A stretch of 64,000 nt of DNA from Eledone cirrhosa (lineage: Eukaryota). Made by a program: the position numbers and the translations under genes. Positions 40,270 through 53,589 of the stretch are shown one piece after another. Position 1 is the stretch's first letter. Every line of letters starts with the position of its first letter. Location: contig OZ024740.1 in assembly GCA_964016885.1 (NCBI GenBank), forward strand, positions 344,348,001 to 344,412,000. Direction: 5' to 3'. The notes beneath the pieces are model-generated. The model was given only the letters and a program-made list of their open reading frames with translations. It made no database searches and was not told where the DNA came from.

Positions 40270-43210
40270 GTATGTATGTTCTTCTGGTTTTATAAATTCA
40301 CAAAGTTTTACCAATAGAGAGAGAGTCGGTTTCTAACATAGACACAGTACTCTCTCATTGGAATTTACACAACATCAACTAGGTAGCTATGTATGTATGC
40401 ATGCATGTGTAGATATGGATGTTATTGTATGTGTGGATGTGTATGTTTTGAGTTGTATGTTTGCATGTGCATATGCTTTGCATCTGTATATGTGTATATG
40501 CAGTTATTAGATGCAACATTTTTGGAATGTTTTACATATTTTTACTGTTCCATTAATGAATTGTACTTGTAATTTCCTAACTAGTTGTGTTCTTTCTGTT
40601 CCTGTGAAGCCTAGCTTCTCAAGATTTGTATTGAGGCAGTTACTAACATATCCCAGTGCCCCAATAATCACAGGCATATATCTGAAGGTGTAATCAGGGT
40701 GGAGTATCTGCAGATTTCTCATCAGTTCTGCATAAATGTTCTCCTTTTCACTAATCTTTGATATTATATTGGCATCTGCTGGGCAGCTAATTTCCACTAC
40801 TGTGCATGCTTACTTCTCCCTGTCCCATATCATAATATCTGGTCTGTGATGCCTGCATTTTATCGGGGTTTTTACTGGAACATTCCTCCAGTACTCTTTC
40901 ATATTATGTACATGGATGTCTTCCACATTGCTGTAGCTTTTAATGTGTTTATTATCGGGGCTATCTTTTTTAAGAACTGCATTATACAGTGTTTTGGCCA
41001 CTATATCATGCCTCATAGGTAGATAGTACCGCGATGACATCTTTGAACAGCTGCTGATGACATGGGTGATATCCTCGATGTTAGTTCTGCAGAGTTTGCA
41101 CTTGTTATCACATGTAGGTGTTTTGTCTGCATCCATATCTCTTTTGTGAATCAGGTATTTCGTGATAATCTTCTGTTCCTTGATTACAAAAGCGTATCCT
41201 TGAAAGTGGGAGCCAATATAGCGGTTGTGGGTTCAAGATAGACTACTTTCCTTATCTCACTCTAGAGCTTCCTGGCAACATATCCAGGCATGATTTTTTA
41301 GCTGATAGGCATGCAGTTTTTCATCCATGGATTCACTGCGATACTGCTGAGCGACATCCCTGGGTGTGAGTTTTTGATTATCACACAGGGAATATCTCTC
41401 TAGGAGTTCCTTCCCAACTCTCATGATCTTATCTGTTTCATGCAGATAGACTTGCTCGAGAAACGGGCTCCTACGCTTTGAGGATCGTAGATGTTGTCGG
41501 AGAGATATGATGCTACATTCAAATGTTGTCTGGACTGATGTTAGGCCTCTGCCTCCCTGCTTACGTTTCAAGTAAAGGCGGTCTATGTCACTGTTGATGT
41601 GGAAGTTTCCGGTGTTGTTCAGTATTTTTCGAGTTCCAACATCACCTGCTCGGATTTCGTCTATCGTCCAATTGAGTATTCCAAACGTTGGTGTTAGGAC
41701 AGGCACAGCAAACACATTGTGAGCCACTGTTTTGTTTTACGCAGAGAGTTCCGATGACCAGATCTTTCTTAATCGGGTGTAGTATTCCCTGGTTACGCGT
41801 TCTTTATTACAGATACCATTATAGGATATGTTCTCATCTATCCCCAGGTATCTGTAGCAGTCCTCATCAGATATCGGTGAAACAGTTAGGCCATTGATGA
41901 CAATGTTGCTAGAGATGGGTTGTTGTTTTTCCTCGCTTTACAGTCATGTATGAGCATTTATCTTGGCCAAACTCCATTCCTATATCCTTTGAGAACGTTG
42001 TAACCAGGTCAAGATATTTCTTCATCCCATCCATGTTCTTGGCATAGAGTTTCAGATCGTCCACAAAGAAATTATGGGTTAGGTTCGTATTTCTGTCCTC
42101 CTGTTAGCCAATGATGTATCCCGCACATTTCTTGAACAGAAAGGACAAGGGGTTTAAATGACAAGATGAATAATATCACAGAGAGACTGTCCCCCTGAAA
42201 TATACCCCTGCAATATTTTATTTTATCAGTGAAAATAGAGTCCTCCCTCTCTGTCTTTAACCTTAGGATAGTAGCCCAAGAAGAAGACAGCCTCTCTATG
42301 GCTCTGACAATAATGTCTGGGACTTTAGCAAGTTGGAGGGCATCTATCATCCAACAGTGGAAAACAGAATCGAAAGCTTTCCTGTAGTCCAGCCAGACTG
42401 TAGTCATATTCCTCCTAAGTTGTCACACCTCTGACATCGCAGTTTTGTTGATTAGGAGTTGTTCAGCACATCCCCAAAACCCTTTCTTTCCAGCTGCTTG
42501 TTCACCTGTGATGATGTTATTATTTTCACAGTGATCTTGGAGGAATAAGTTCAGGCAGGCTGTATACATCTTATACATCAGGTTCTGGCATGCAATTGGT
42601 CGGTAGTTTTTTGCCAAGTGGGTGTCTTTGTTCTTGGGGACCAGCAACGTTTGAGCTAATGTCAACCATTCTGGTATAAGTGTATCTCCCTTAAGAACTT
42701 GTTGGTAGAGGTCAGTAAGATACCCCCGATAGAATATCAGCTTTTTGTACTAGTAGCCGACAATCATGTCTCTTCCTAGTGTTTTCTTATCTTGGAGTTT
42801 TCCTATCACAGTCTCAATGGTACCCTCACTTATTTAGTATGTTTTTGTTGTAGTGTAGGAGCAATAGTTATTTCGGATTTCTCTTAGCCACACTGCATCT
42901 TGGTTGAAATTCTTTTTTTCACGCCATATTTTGCTCCAAAAGGAATCTATGTCTTTCTGGGATGGGGTCTCAGTGACAGTTATTATTTTGCTCTTCATAT
43001 CTCTATAGACTGATGTTTGGTTTCGTCGGAATCTTTTATTACGCACTTTTCTCTCATTTACCTTCTTCAGGTATCGGCGTTTTTCGCTAACAGCTCTCAA
43101 TTCTTGTTTGAGGGTGATCAGCTTATATTGGAGAGTTCTGGTTCTACTGTTACCAAACATCGTCTCTATTTTAATGTTCACTCTTTGTTGGTGAGGAGTG
43201 AGGTTTTTTT
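40270..43210 (-). mobile_element. 5'-truncated, decayed R4/Dong-like non-LTR retrotransposon (RT, CCHC, RLE)
   Basis: NYRPIAC, WLDYRKAFDSV, GIFQGDSLS, FFVDDLKLYA, CKLC...HVISSC, RHD, RPD, EISCP. Multiple stops. (CATA)n at both ends. Confidence 0.92.
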
Positions 43211-44519
43211 GTGTATGTATGTATGTATGTATGTATGTATGTATGTATGTATGTATGTATGTATGTATGTATGTATGTATATATGTATGTATATATGCAC
43301 GAATGTATGTATGTACGCAATTATGTATGTATGTATGTATCTATCTATCTATCTACTATCTAACTATCTATCTACCTATCTATCTGTCTGTCTACCTTAC
43401 TAGTTTGCTAACTACATGTACCAATGCACACTTAACTGTATATGCATACATACTATTTACATCAAATGTACATCTATATGTCTTTTCGATTGTCTGAATC
43501 TCTCTGGCGTTCTTTCTTTATCTCTATCTATTTCTCTCTCTCTCTCTTTCTCCTTCTATGTCTTTTTTCTCTGCCTCTGTTTTTCTGTTTCATGACTACA
43601 AATACATGAATGGCGTTCGTTTTACATTTTAGACAATTCTCTGTACTTCGGTGGACTTCTGCATTGTACAATGCTTCATCATTGTCTCTATGGAAATGGC
43701 TTTTACTGAAAGTAGGTGGTCTAACCGCTTCAGGCAATCAAAGACAATGTATTTCAACTTAACATATGATCTTTCTTACAAGTACGAACCTGACTACATT
43801 CTTGCATTTCTTTGGTGTGATAGCATTTCTGGCGGCAGTTTAACATAGCATGTTGTTATGCTGTTTCTCTCACCTCCATGTCAATTGAGGTCATTCACAT
43901 ATGTTCTTCAGAGACTCGAAACAAGTGAATTCAATCTTTAGTCTTTTCAAATGTAGCCCAAAGTGTATATTGGAAGTTGAAGTGTTATTAGGGTTCATGA
44001 CATATCACACATAACCAACGAGTTATTCAACGAAAGTTTTCAGGGAATAAAATGATAATATTTGAGGTACTGCGTCGTGGCAGAATCATATTTTAATATT
44101 TGCCATTATCAAGACAATAGCCATTGTCTTAAACAGCACAACATTAACGCTGGGTAATTCATACTTAAATATATCTATTTGACCTTAACTTTACAATCAT
44201 TTATTTATTTCACTCATATTGCGTATTCATTTGTATTTTCTCTCATCAGCGAAAATTGAGGGAAATACATTCCTTCAATTGCTCTTTTACCATTATTAGA
44301 TAAAGTGCTCTGATACCATATTAGCAAATATCCAAAGATTTACTAATAAATAGATATGAACAAATTATCTTTAGTTCTTTGATGAACCAATTACGCATTT
44401 ATCCAGGGTAAATGACCATAGTTGTTCTTTTCTTTTTTAAAATTCACCAACGTACACACAAATAATTACACATAGATACACACACACAGACAAATATATG
44501 TATATATATATATATATAT

Positions 44520-45855
44520 GCAAATGGTGCTTCAGTAACATATATAACCTAAAAATGACTCAAGTGGAGCGCAGTACTTACCATCAACTGCTACATAATG
44601 CTGTAACTAAGGATTACCGTAAAACTAATCGGTGCGTCATTAATGAAATCAACGATGCTGGGTTTAAAATCACCTCTGATCTTAACATACTGGACCGGGC
44701 TGAACCTCTGGACCCTATTTCTCCCCACATTACCATGAAGGATCACCAATCCAATTTTCCGAACAACCCCTCTATTCGACTTATTAACCCTACGAAGGCC
44801 GATTTAGGTAGACTTAGTAAAAGAATTCTTGATAGAATTATACCTGAAATTAGAAGTTTGGCCCCTCTTGCACTGTGGAACAATTTTTTCGCGGTGATTG
44901 ATTGGTTCAACGGCATATGCAACAAGGAACATTGCCGTTTTATCCAATTCGACATCAATAATTACTACTCCTCCATCACTTTACCACTTCTATCAATTTC
45001 GCTGAAACACTCACAGTGGTTAAGGATTTCGAATTTGATGTCATCCTCAATGCCCGTAAGTCGGTGATTAATTTCGACGACTCTGTTTGGATTAAAAAAT
45101 CTAATAGTACCCTATTCGACGTGAGTATGGGCGCCAGCGATTCTGCGGAGGATACTGATCTTATCGGCCTTTTCCTTCTTTTCTCTATCAAGGAAGAATT
45201 CCCCAACGTGGGCGGTGGTTTGTACCGTGATGATGGTCTTCTGACCATGACTAAGTTCGGCCCACGCGCTTGCGACAGGTTCAGAAAAGAACTCACAGTC
45301 TTCTTTAAAGGCTTCAACCTCTCCATACAAGTGGAGGCCAACCTCTCAGTCGTTAATTACCTCGACGTTACCCTCAATTTATCGAATGGCTTGCATTAAC
45401 CGTATAGAAAGCCGAATGATACGCTTAATTACATACGTAAGCATTCCAACCATCCTGCCAGCATAACCAAGAACCTGGTAAGAAACGTTTCGTTGAGGCT
45501 TTCCCGTCTATCTACTAACGAGCATATTTTCACCGACCATTCCACATATTACAATGAAGCTCTTGCTCGGGGTGGATTTGTCGATAAGGTAGCATATACA
45601 GAGTACGAGAATAGACCTAGAAGAAATAGATCCCGACGCATTATATGGTATAACCGACCATATAGTATAGACGTGGCCACACCATTAGCTAAGATCTTTC
45701 ACTCCCTTTTTATGAAGCATTTTCCCCTACACATAAATATAGTAACATTTTAAATAGAAATACTATTAAAATTTCTTACTCTACGACTCCTAACCTTGCA
45801 CATAACATCACAGCTTCAAATTTAGCTAACCTACCTAGCCGTGGTCACAGTTAGC
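44520..45855 (+). pseudogene. Penelope-like element RT fragment
   Basis: ITMKDH...RLINPTKADLG, IQFDINNYY, FDVSMGASDSAE, GLYRDDGL, NYLDVTLNL, SNHP, IIWYN.PYS. Frameshifts present. Confidence 0.85.
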
Positions 45856-46092
45856 CAAAAGTTATAAGAGATATTCAATAGGGAGTTTTTTTCAGCTCGC
45901 CTTGTATATGTGTGTGTACGCGCGCAAACACACACACATACAGACACATATATGTAAAGGCATGTATTTATGTATGTATATGTAAGGGAGAGAGAGAAGG
46001 AGAGAAACATATATATATATATATATATATATATAGGCATGTATTTATGTATGTATATGTAAAGGGAGAGAGAGAGGGCGAGAAAGAGAGAG

Positions 46093-46128
<36 letters not shown>

Positions 46129-46183
46129 CTCTCTCTTTCACGCCCTCTCTCTCTCCCGTTACATATACATACATAAATACATG

Positions 46184-46223
<40 letters not shown>

Positions 46224-46241
46224 TTATATATATTATATATA

Positions 46242-46283
<42 letters not shown>

Positions 46284-47239
46284 TATATATATAAAGGCAT
46301 GTATTTATGTATGTATATGTAAAGGGAGAGAGAGAGAGGGGGGGGGGAGAAAAGAGAGAGAGATTTTATATTGTAAAGTGTCTTGTTCGACACACTACAC
46401 ATTTTTCTACGGAAATATACACGTACTTCGTAAGAAAAAGTGAATTAACTGTCATACTACAAGCCATTCTAATTTCAAATGATGTAAAATCTTTGGCTGA
46501 AAAGTAAGTATAAACAAACACAAGCTCGTAGTTTCCTGTCTGTCTGATTGCGTGTTGCTTTCCCATACAAATTTCCTATCTCTCTCATTTTCCTTTCACC
46601 ACATTAACCCGATGATTCTTCCCCCGAGTTTCTTGCATTTCTATTTTCTGCCTTCTTTTTTTTTTTACTTTCGCCTCGGGAGGCAGTGTCATACCTATTG
46701 TGAATGTCAATACCTCATGTTCATCTAATTAGTCAGTCAGTCTAATATATGTCAGGTTGTCAGGGCAGATTTAATGTGCTGATCCTGGCATACAAGTGTC
46801 CCTCTCTAAACGTAATTTCCTACGCAGACGCGCATGCACGAATGTACGCACGAGCTTGCATACGCACATAAATATGTACACGAATGTCACACACACATAC
46901 ACACACTTACACACATACACACTCATATGACTACACTTATATACGTACAGTTATGATGCTTGCATGATTTCAGACTTATACAAATGACAGTGTACACACG
47001 CACATTATGCAACCATCAATATACCCGGCGACAGTATTCACGCTTTGGTCTGACATTTGAACGACGGAAATGCCTCAACTAAAACATGATGCATATATCA
47101 AGTCACATGTTGGATATAGTCTACATTGTAAACAGCGAAGAAAATGTTCTTCTGAAATTAGGCTTTTTCAATCTCAACATAAAATTTTATAAACTTACAC
47201 ACATTCATATATATATACATAAGTGTATGTGTATGTATG

Positions 47240-47349
<110 letters not shown>

Positions 47350-48069
47350 TATATATAAAGTAAGGGAAGGAGAGACAGAGAAAGAGATAGAGGGGGAACA
47401 AGAGCGAGAGAGAGGGGGAGAGAGAGAGAGTTGGAAGAGAGAGAAAAAGAGATTGGGGGTGGGGGGTCAGCAGAGATCATTGGGTGCTCATTCAGTTGTG
47501 AATAGAAACGTATGTGTGTTAGCTAGTGTGCAATGGAATTTTGTGAATCTTAAAACTCTCTCCAATATCTTTTCTAAAAAGTTTCAAAATATGCGAAGAT
47601 TTTTGTTATGTAGTGTGTATACTATGTATGTGGGTTTGGTGGTTTATCATGCATTTTCGTGCGTGTATATGTGACAGAGAATAGTGTCATGAACGATTTA
47701 GGAGATCTGATGATAGGGTATTGCGAGATGTGTGTTTCCAATTGAACAGGATTTTACTTTAGACAATGATTAATATCTCAGTTTTAAAGTTATTTTAAAT
47801 ACTTGTTTGGTCAAAAATCCTAAATCTTTCACTGAGGCAGAATGAAGTTTTATTGATGTTTAGAGAATGTAATGTGCTCTCTGCTCGGCACCGACTATAA
47901 TTTCTACCGTTGGGAACAAAGATGTGCAATATGGGACCGCATATATTCATTCTTTCTTTTTAATGAGCTCGCTCTATACGTAATTCGCTGTCAGGCAGTT
48001 ATCATCTAATGGGTTTTACTACTTGTAGGTCGTATTTTTCTTTCGCCTGATACTACCAACAAGGTTTCT

Positions 48070-48590
48070 GAGTTCTTAAATACCGTGGTAACTAGAGATA
48101 TGTACGGGTACGACCCGAAAACCAAGCTTCAGTCATCACAATGGAAGCATCTAACATTGTCAAGGAACCTGCCACCCAGAAAAAAAAGCTTGCTAGATTT
48201 GAATAAAAGAAGATGATACTGACTGATTTCCTTGACTACTTAGATGTTGTGTATCACGAATGACAAGGACAAAAAATACGAAGAACCACAATTAAGAAGC
48301 CCTTCCACGTTTAAGGGATACGGATCTGCGCAGGATCTTTAGACAATTGTATCATTCGTGAAATCTGATCTGAAATTTCTTGGAGAGGAAAGAGATTTTT
48401 CTCATTCACCAGACTTAGTTAACAGGCAATAAATAATTAGCTCCCTTCTGATTACTTTGAGAGTCATGGGAATATGATGCGGTCCAAGTCGGCGATCTGA
48501 CAGTAATTCCGGAAGAACCATTGCAACGTACTCCACACAGTAAAAGAACTGCAGTGTTAAATGTGTGGATTAATTGGGATCTAAGTCAAT
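48070..48590 (+). pseudogene. Decayed mariner transposase catalytic domain
   Basis: FLNTVVTRD..YGYDPKTKLQSSQWKH, KMILTDFLDYLDVVYHE and HSPDL (YSPDL motif). Confidence 0.75.
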
Positions 48591-49280
48591 AGGGATTAGA
48601 AATTAAACCCCAACACGCACACAAATATATTTCCGACTAAGTGCGGATATATTTTAAATAGATGTTGTACACATACACACACACACACATCTATCTGTAT
48701 ATGTATATATAAATTTCCTCTGTGTGTATGTGTGTATATTTGTGTGTCTGTGTTAGTGCCTGTGTCTGTGAGTATACTTATGCAGGTATACATGAGTGTA
48801 TTTGAGAGATAGATTTCACTCACACAGTTTGCGTCACGCATGTTTGGATTTAAATCTCATTTGGATCAAGTGAGCTTTTAGATTTATCATGGTTTTATTA
48901 AAATAAATATATGTGATACATATCGAAAAAAATAAATACACTGACACTTATTAGTTTCTCCCTTTACAAAGATAGCTTTGGCAACAAATGATGAATCAGA
49001 TTCTTGTTTGATCGTAGAGCCATAAAACTTTAAAAAGATTTGAATACAAACTCACATTCTCATATGAATAGATATGCTAATACCATCCTCAATGACACAA
49101 ATATGCAAACAATATGTATTTATATCACAGACATATCACAGACAGACACAAATACACAAACACATACACGCACACGCACACGTACGCACACACAAACACA
49201 CACACACAAATGTTTATATATATATATGCCAAGACTGGAATTGAACCATCAGCACAGTTGAGATATGTCAGACATCAATT

Positions 49281-49346
49281 TATTTTATCTGATGAGGACG
49301 TACTGAGGAAACAGCACAGTACCTCTGAAATATATATAATAAAATA
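49281..49346 (+). ncRNA. Type I hammerhead ribozyme (same family as 31591)
   Basis: UAUUUUAU-CUGAUGA-GGACGUACUG-11 nt-CAGUACCUCU-GAAA-UAUAUA-UA-AUAAAAUA. Confidence 0.75.
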
Positions 49347-49488
49347 TATTTGATTACATGAATGTCTATATTTATTAATATTTTGAATTAATATTATTAA
49401 TAACTCCAGAACACTTATTTGTTGAGTGCTTCTAATCTATCGTAAAACTATATTCATTGATTAATCAATGAACTTTGTTTAACTTTTG

Positions 49489-49552
<64 letters not shown>

Positions 49553-49769
49553 AGAAAGTATCGTGCAAATCGAATATTATTGGTACAAAGTAGAAATGAA
49601 AAAACGACAGGAGTACATTTCTAGAAGTGTTTTCTTTAATCCGATAGAAAAAATATTTTTATAATTGTTATATTAAATTGACTTAAATTTTGTCAAATAT
49701 TACCTATTTCGATTGGCTTGTCAGTCTCATCAAGAAATGGTTTTGGACTTGTAATTTGCGTAGACGGAA

Positions 49770-49940
49770 ATTCGATTAAATGGACCCCATTGCGTGACTA
49801 GTACTTTATTTCATCGATCTCGTAAGGATGAAAGGCAAATATTACCTCGGCGGGAATTGAACTCAGAACGTAAAGGGTGGTAATTCTATGCTGCGAAGCA
49901 GAGTGACCGACGCTTTACCGACACTGTCAATCCAACGCTC
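49770..49940 (-). mobile_element. tRNA-derived SINE
   Basis: Reverse complement of the family core and head. Confidence 0.75.
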
Positions 49941-50441
49941 TAGTCACATCAAATATAAAAAAAACCGTTTCTTTTCATATACTTTATGCAGATCGTTAGA
50001 ATTTTATAAATTTTCAGCTAATTTACAAACACCGAAAATAACCTGAACTCTTGACACGATGGAAAACACATTTTACAAAACAAAATAATATCATCTGGAC
50101 CTTTATTCCGAATGGAAAATAAACTTTTTGTTTAAATCAAGAACATTTTCTAGTAGTTCTAATGAATCCTAATCTGTTGCAGCCCACATCCATCATCAAC
50201 GACTCCCCTTCATAAAGAACATATATAAAAAAAGAAATCTTGAGAGAACATTCTCATATACTTTAACTCCCGACAGAATATGAGAACAAACTTAATATCT
50301 GGTAATAGTTATATTAACTGTAACCATTAATATTTGGCAAAGCCTAAGTCCAGATCATGTGACAATTATATAAATATTTATTCAGTCGGATTAAAAAAGC
50401 ACAAAAAAAAGCAAAACAATTAATGTGTGAGTGTGTGTGTG

Positions 50442-50480
<39 letters not shown>

Positions 50481-50489
50481 GAGAGAGAA

Positions 50490-50589
<100 letters not shown>

Positions 50590-51133
50590 TGTGTGTTGGT
50601 GTGGATAATATCAGCAACTGAAATGTATGTAATACTAGAAAAAAAGAATACTTTACACAAATCAATTAACCTCGCAGACCACGCTTCAACCAGAATCACG
50701 CTACTTGTATAACCCTGTTTCTGGCTATAAAAAAAGCATCAATGTGCATCAGGAGCGAAGAGGTGGATGAACGGATTTTCAAAATGTTTGGCTCAATCAG
50801 AAAAAAAAACAGAGAAACAAACAGATGTATCACAAGAAGCTGGAATTCATAAACCTCACCAGGGTGTCTTTCAGTCTACGATGTCTGATTCCAATAAAGA
50901 AATTATATTTGAATTCAGCTCATGTTGAAATGATACCGATAACAATGAAATATAATAATTTATAGATAAAAGGTGACAGTATTTTGTTATGTAACGGATA
51001 TACAAACGAATTCTGCAAACATAATTTTTCCTCAATATATAAAATTTCACTTGATGAAATACAGTAAGATACACATGATTACGAGTAAAACTAACAGACA
51101 AATATATATGTTTCAACTTATGTATGTATATAT

Positions 51134-51223
<90 letters not shown>

Positions 51224-51445
51224 GTTGTTGGTGAAGCCACGCTTCTTATCGCCTCCAGTCTTTTTCAACGTTTTTACCTCGTTTTCAACCGTTCTAAAAA
51301 CCTTTTATTCAAGTTTTAAATTTGATAAAAGTTTAGAAGAAGTGACCCACCTAATACAGGGGTTCACTAGTAAATAATACGGCACCCCTTTACGGGGTGT
51401 CGTATTCGTATTTGTGTAAAAACATTTTTTTGAAAAATTTCAACA

Positions 51446-53557
51446 TGGATAACACAAGAAAGGGAGAAAGCGCTGTCAGACGACACAGAGAGAGGGAGAC
51501 TTTATCAGCATGTCAACAAGACAGCGTTCCAGCGTAGGTAAATATAAACGAAAATATTACAAAGGAAAAGATGATTGTTACAGATTTAAAATTAACAAAT
51601 ATTTCTAACACAAACACACCAACAATAACACCAACAACACCAACAATAACACCATAAATAACAACAGCAACAACAAACATAACAGCGGTAAAGTCGAGAT
51701 CGACAATAACAAAAATAACAGCGGTAAGGTCGAGAACAACAATAACAAAAATAACAGCGGTAAGGTCGAGAACGACAATAACAATGACAATAACAACATG
51801 CACAACAACAATAATAGTAGGAACAGTATCAACAAAAACAACAATAATAATAACAGCCACAATAACAGTAACAACAGCAACAGTATCAACGAAAACAACA
51901 ACAACAACAACAACAACAACTGTACCAACGAAAATAACAACAATGACACCGATACCTGTAATAGCGATCACAGCACCACCAGTAAGACCAGTAGCGGCAG
52001 CAATAGTGGTGCTGCTGAAAAAGGGACCACTTCTTTTGCAGGTGTCGCCCGAAATATCTAGACAGTGTTAGTCACAGAGGAGGAAATGGCAGTCGCCAGG
52101 GCCATGGTGACAAGAAGCGCAAATAGAGTTTCCCTGAAACCTCCACCCGATTTTTTCAAGGACCAGCAGCTACGGACGGTGACTTACCGCACCGCACCGT
52201 AAGCAAAATCTCACATCGAGTGGAGAGAGCCACGGTGGCTCAAATCCAAAAGGCTTTGGTGTTTGTCTGGGCACGCAAAACCCACATCACCCGAGGCAGA
52301 AAGTACGCCACAGTAGACGTACTTTTAGCCCCCCCCCCAGGAAGCAAAGTCTCACTCTTTGGAAACCCTAAAGAGTGCCCTCCTACTGCGGGCAGGAAAT
52401 TGTGAGGGTCAAAGTGACCCAGGTCCCACCCGACGTGCCCATACCTTGGCTGGCCGCGTCTGTCCTTGCTGGAATCGAGAACAGGACGACCATACTGAAA
52501 GTAGAAAAAATAGGGAGAGAGAACTGGTCAGGTATAGGCATGCAAATGCTTATACAAACTGACCAGGAATGTATCGACGCTATCCCCGATATCATAGACA
52601 TCGAGGAAGGACTCCAACTCCCTATAAGTGTAGAAGGAAGACGGCCAAAATGTTATCTCTGTGGGTCGAAGGGTCACCTCAGGGCCTTTTGCCCGCAGAA
52701 GACAGCGAAGAAGGCCCTTCTCCTTTCAATACCTGGTCCGCTGCTACCAAGAGCAGGGCAGGCAACAAACGAAGAAGCCCCTTCCACGGTGAGTAGGAGG
52801 GCAACGTCCGTAACACCCGTACCAAGGCCACGGACAATTAAAGCATCATCATCAGTGGCGGCAACACCAATAGCTACATTTGAAGTAGCTACAGCAGCAA
52901 CAAAATTGCCGAAGAGGGCGCTACTACCACCACCAACAGCCGTGGAGCACATACACCTCCTAGACGCCACAGAATCCGACATGGAGTTTGAGGCGGGAGT
53001 GAAGTGGCAAACGGTCTGCCACAAAAAAGAAAAAAAGAAAAAAACCCTTAGATTCACCCTCCAAAAGCGAAGGCATACAAAGAGGGGTAAAGGCAGCAAG
53101 GAAACTTGCAGCAACACCACCACCATCACCACCACAAGCACCACTGACAACAACAACCACACCATCACCAGCATCACCAAAAACACCAACAACGCAAACA
53201 CAACAAGACACACACACCAAACAGCAACAAGAAAAAAACAGCAACAAAATCACCCCTCCTCCAAAAATGTACACAGCCATAAATATGGCAAAAAAAGAAC
53301 TCATAAAATATATAAAGCAGCACACAGACATCACAGAAAAAAACTACTACACCCCACCAACACCAAGAACTCTCCCGACAAACATAAGCATCATCGAATC
53401 TCAGTACAAACCTTTAAAACAAAAATTCCCGAACCCAGTTGGAGACTTCAGAGGTTCGGTTACCAAGAGGATATACACTGTCATCCTCTTAGTAACACCC
53501 ATGACCAGCGAAAGGGACGGTTCTACTGTCCCTTCACCACACGAACAAGGAAAGTGA
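51446..53557 (+). pseudogene. Tx1-like ORF1 (gag-like, CCHC zinc knuckle), disrupted
   Basis: Asn-rich N-terminal repeats and CYLCGSKGHLRAFC. Stops and frameshifts present. Confidence 0.8.
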
Positions 53558-53589
53558 TCCTTTCTCACTTGCCCCGTTTCTCATCCAAC

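Noticed and set aside
43528-43850. Short non-repetitive ORFs as possible host exon
   Set aside because: No recognisable domain or convincing splice context.
51513-52071. Poly-V/L/T ORFs resembling membrane or mucin proteins
   Set aside because: Alternative frames of the (CAA)-rich low-complexity part of Tx1 ORF1. The same applies to 60473-61196.
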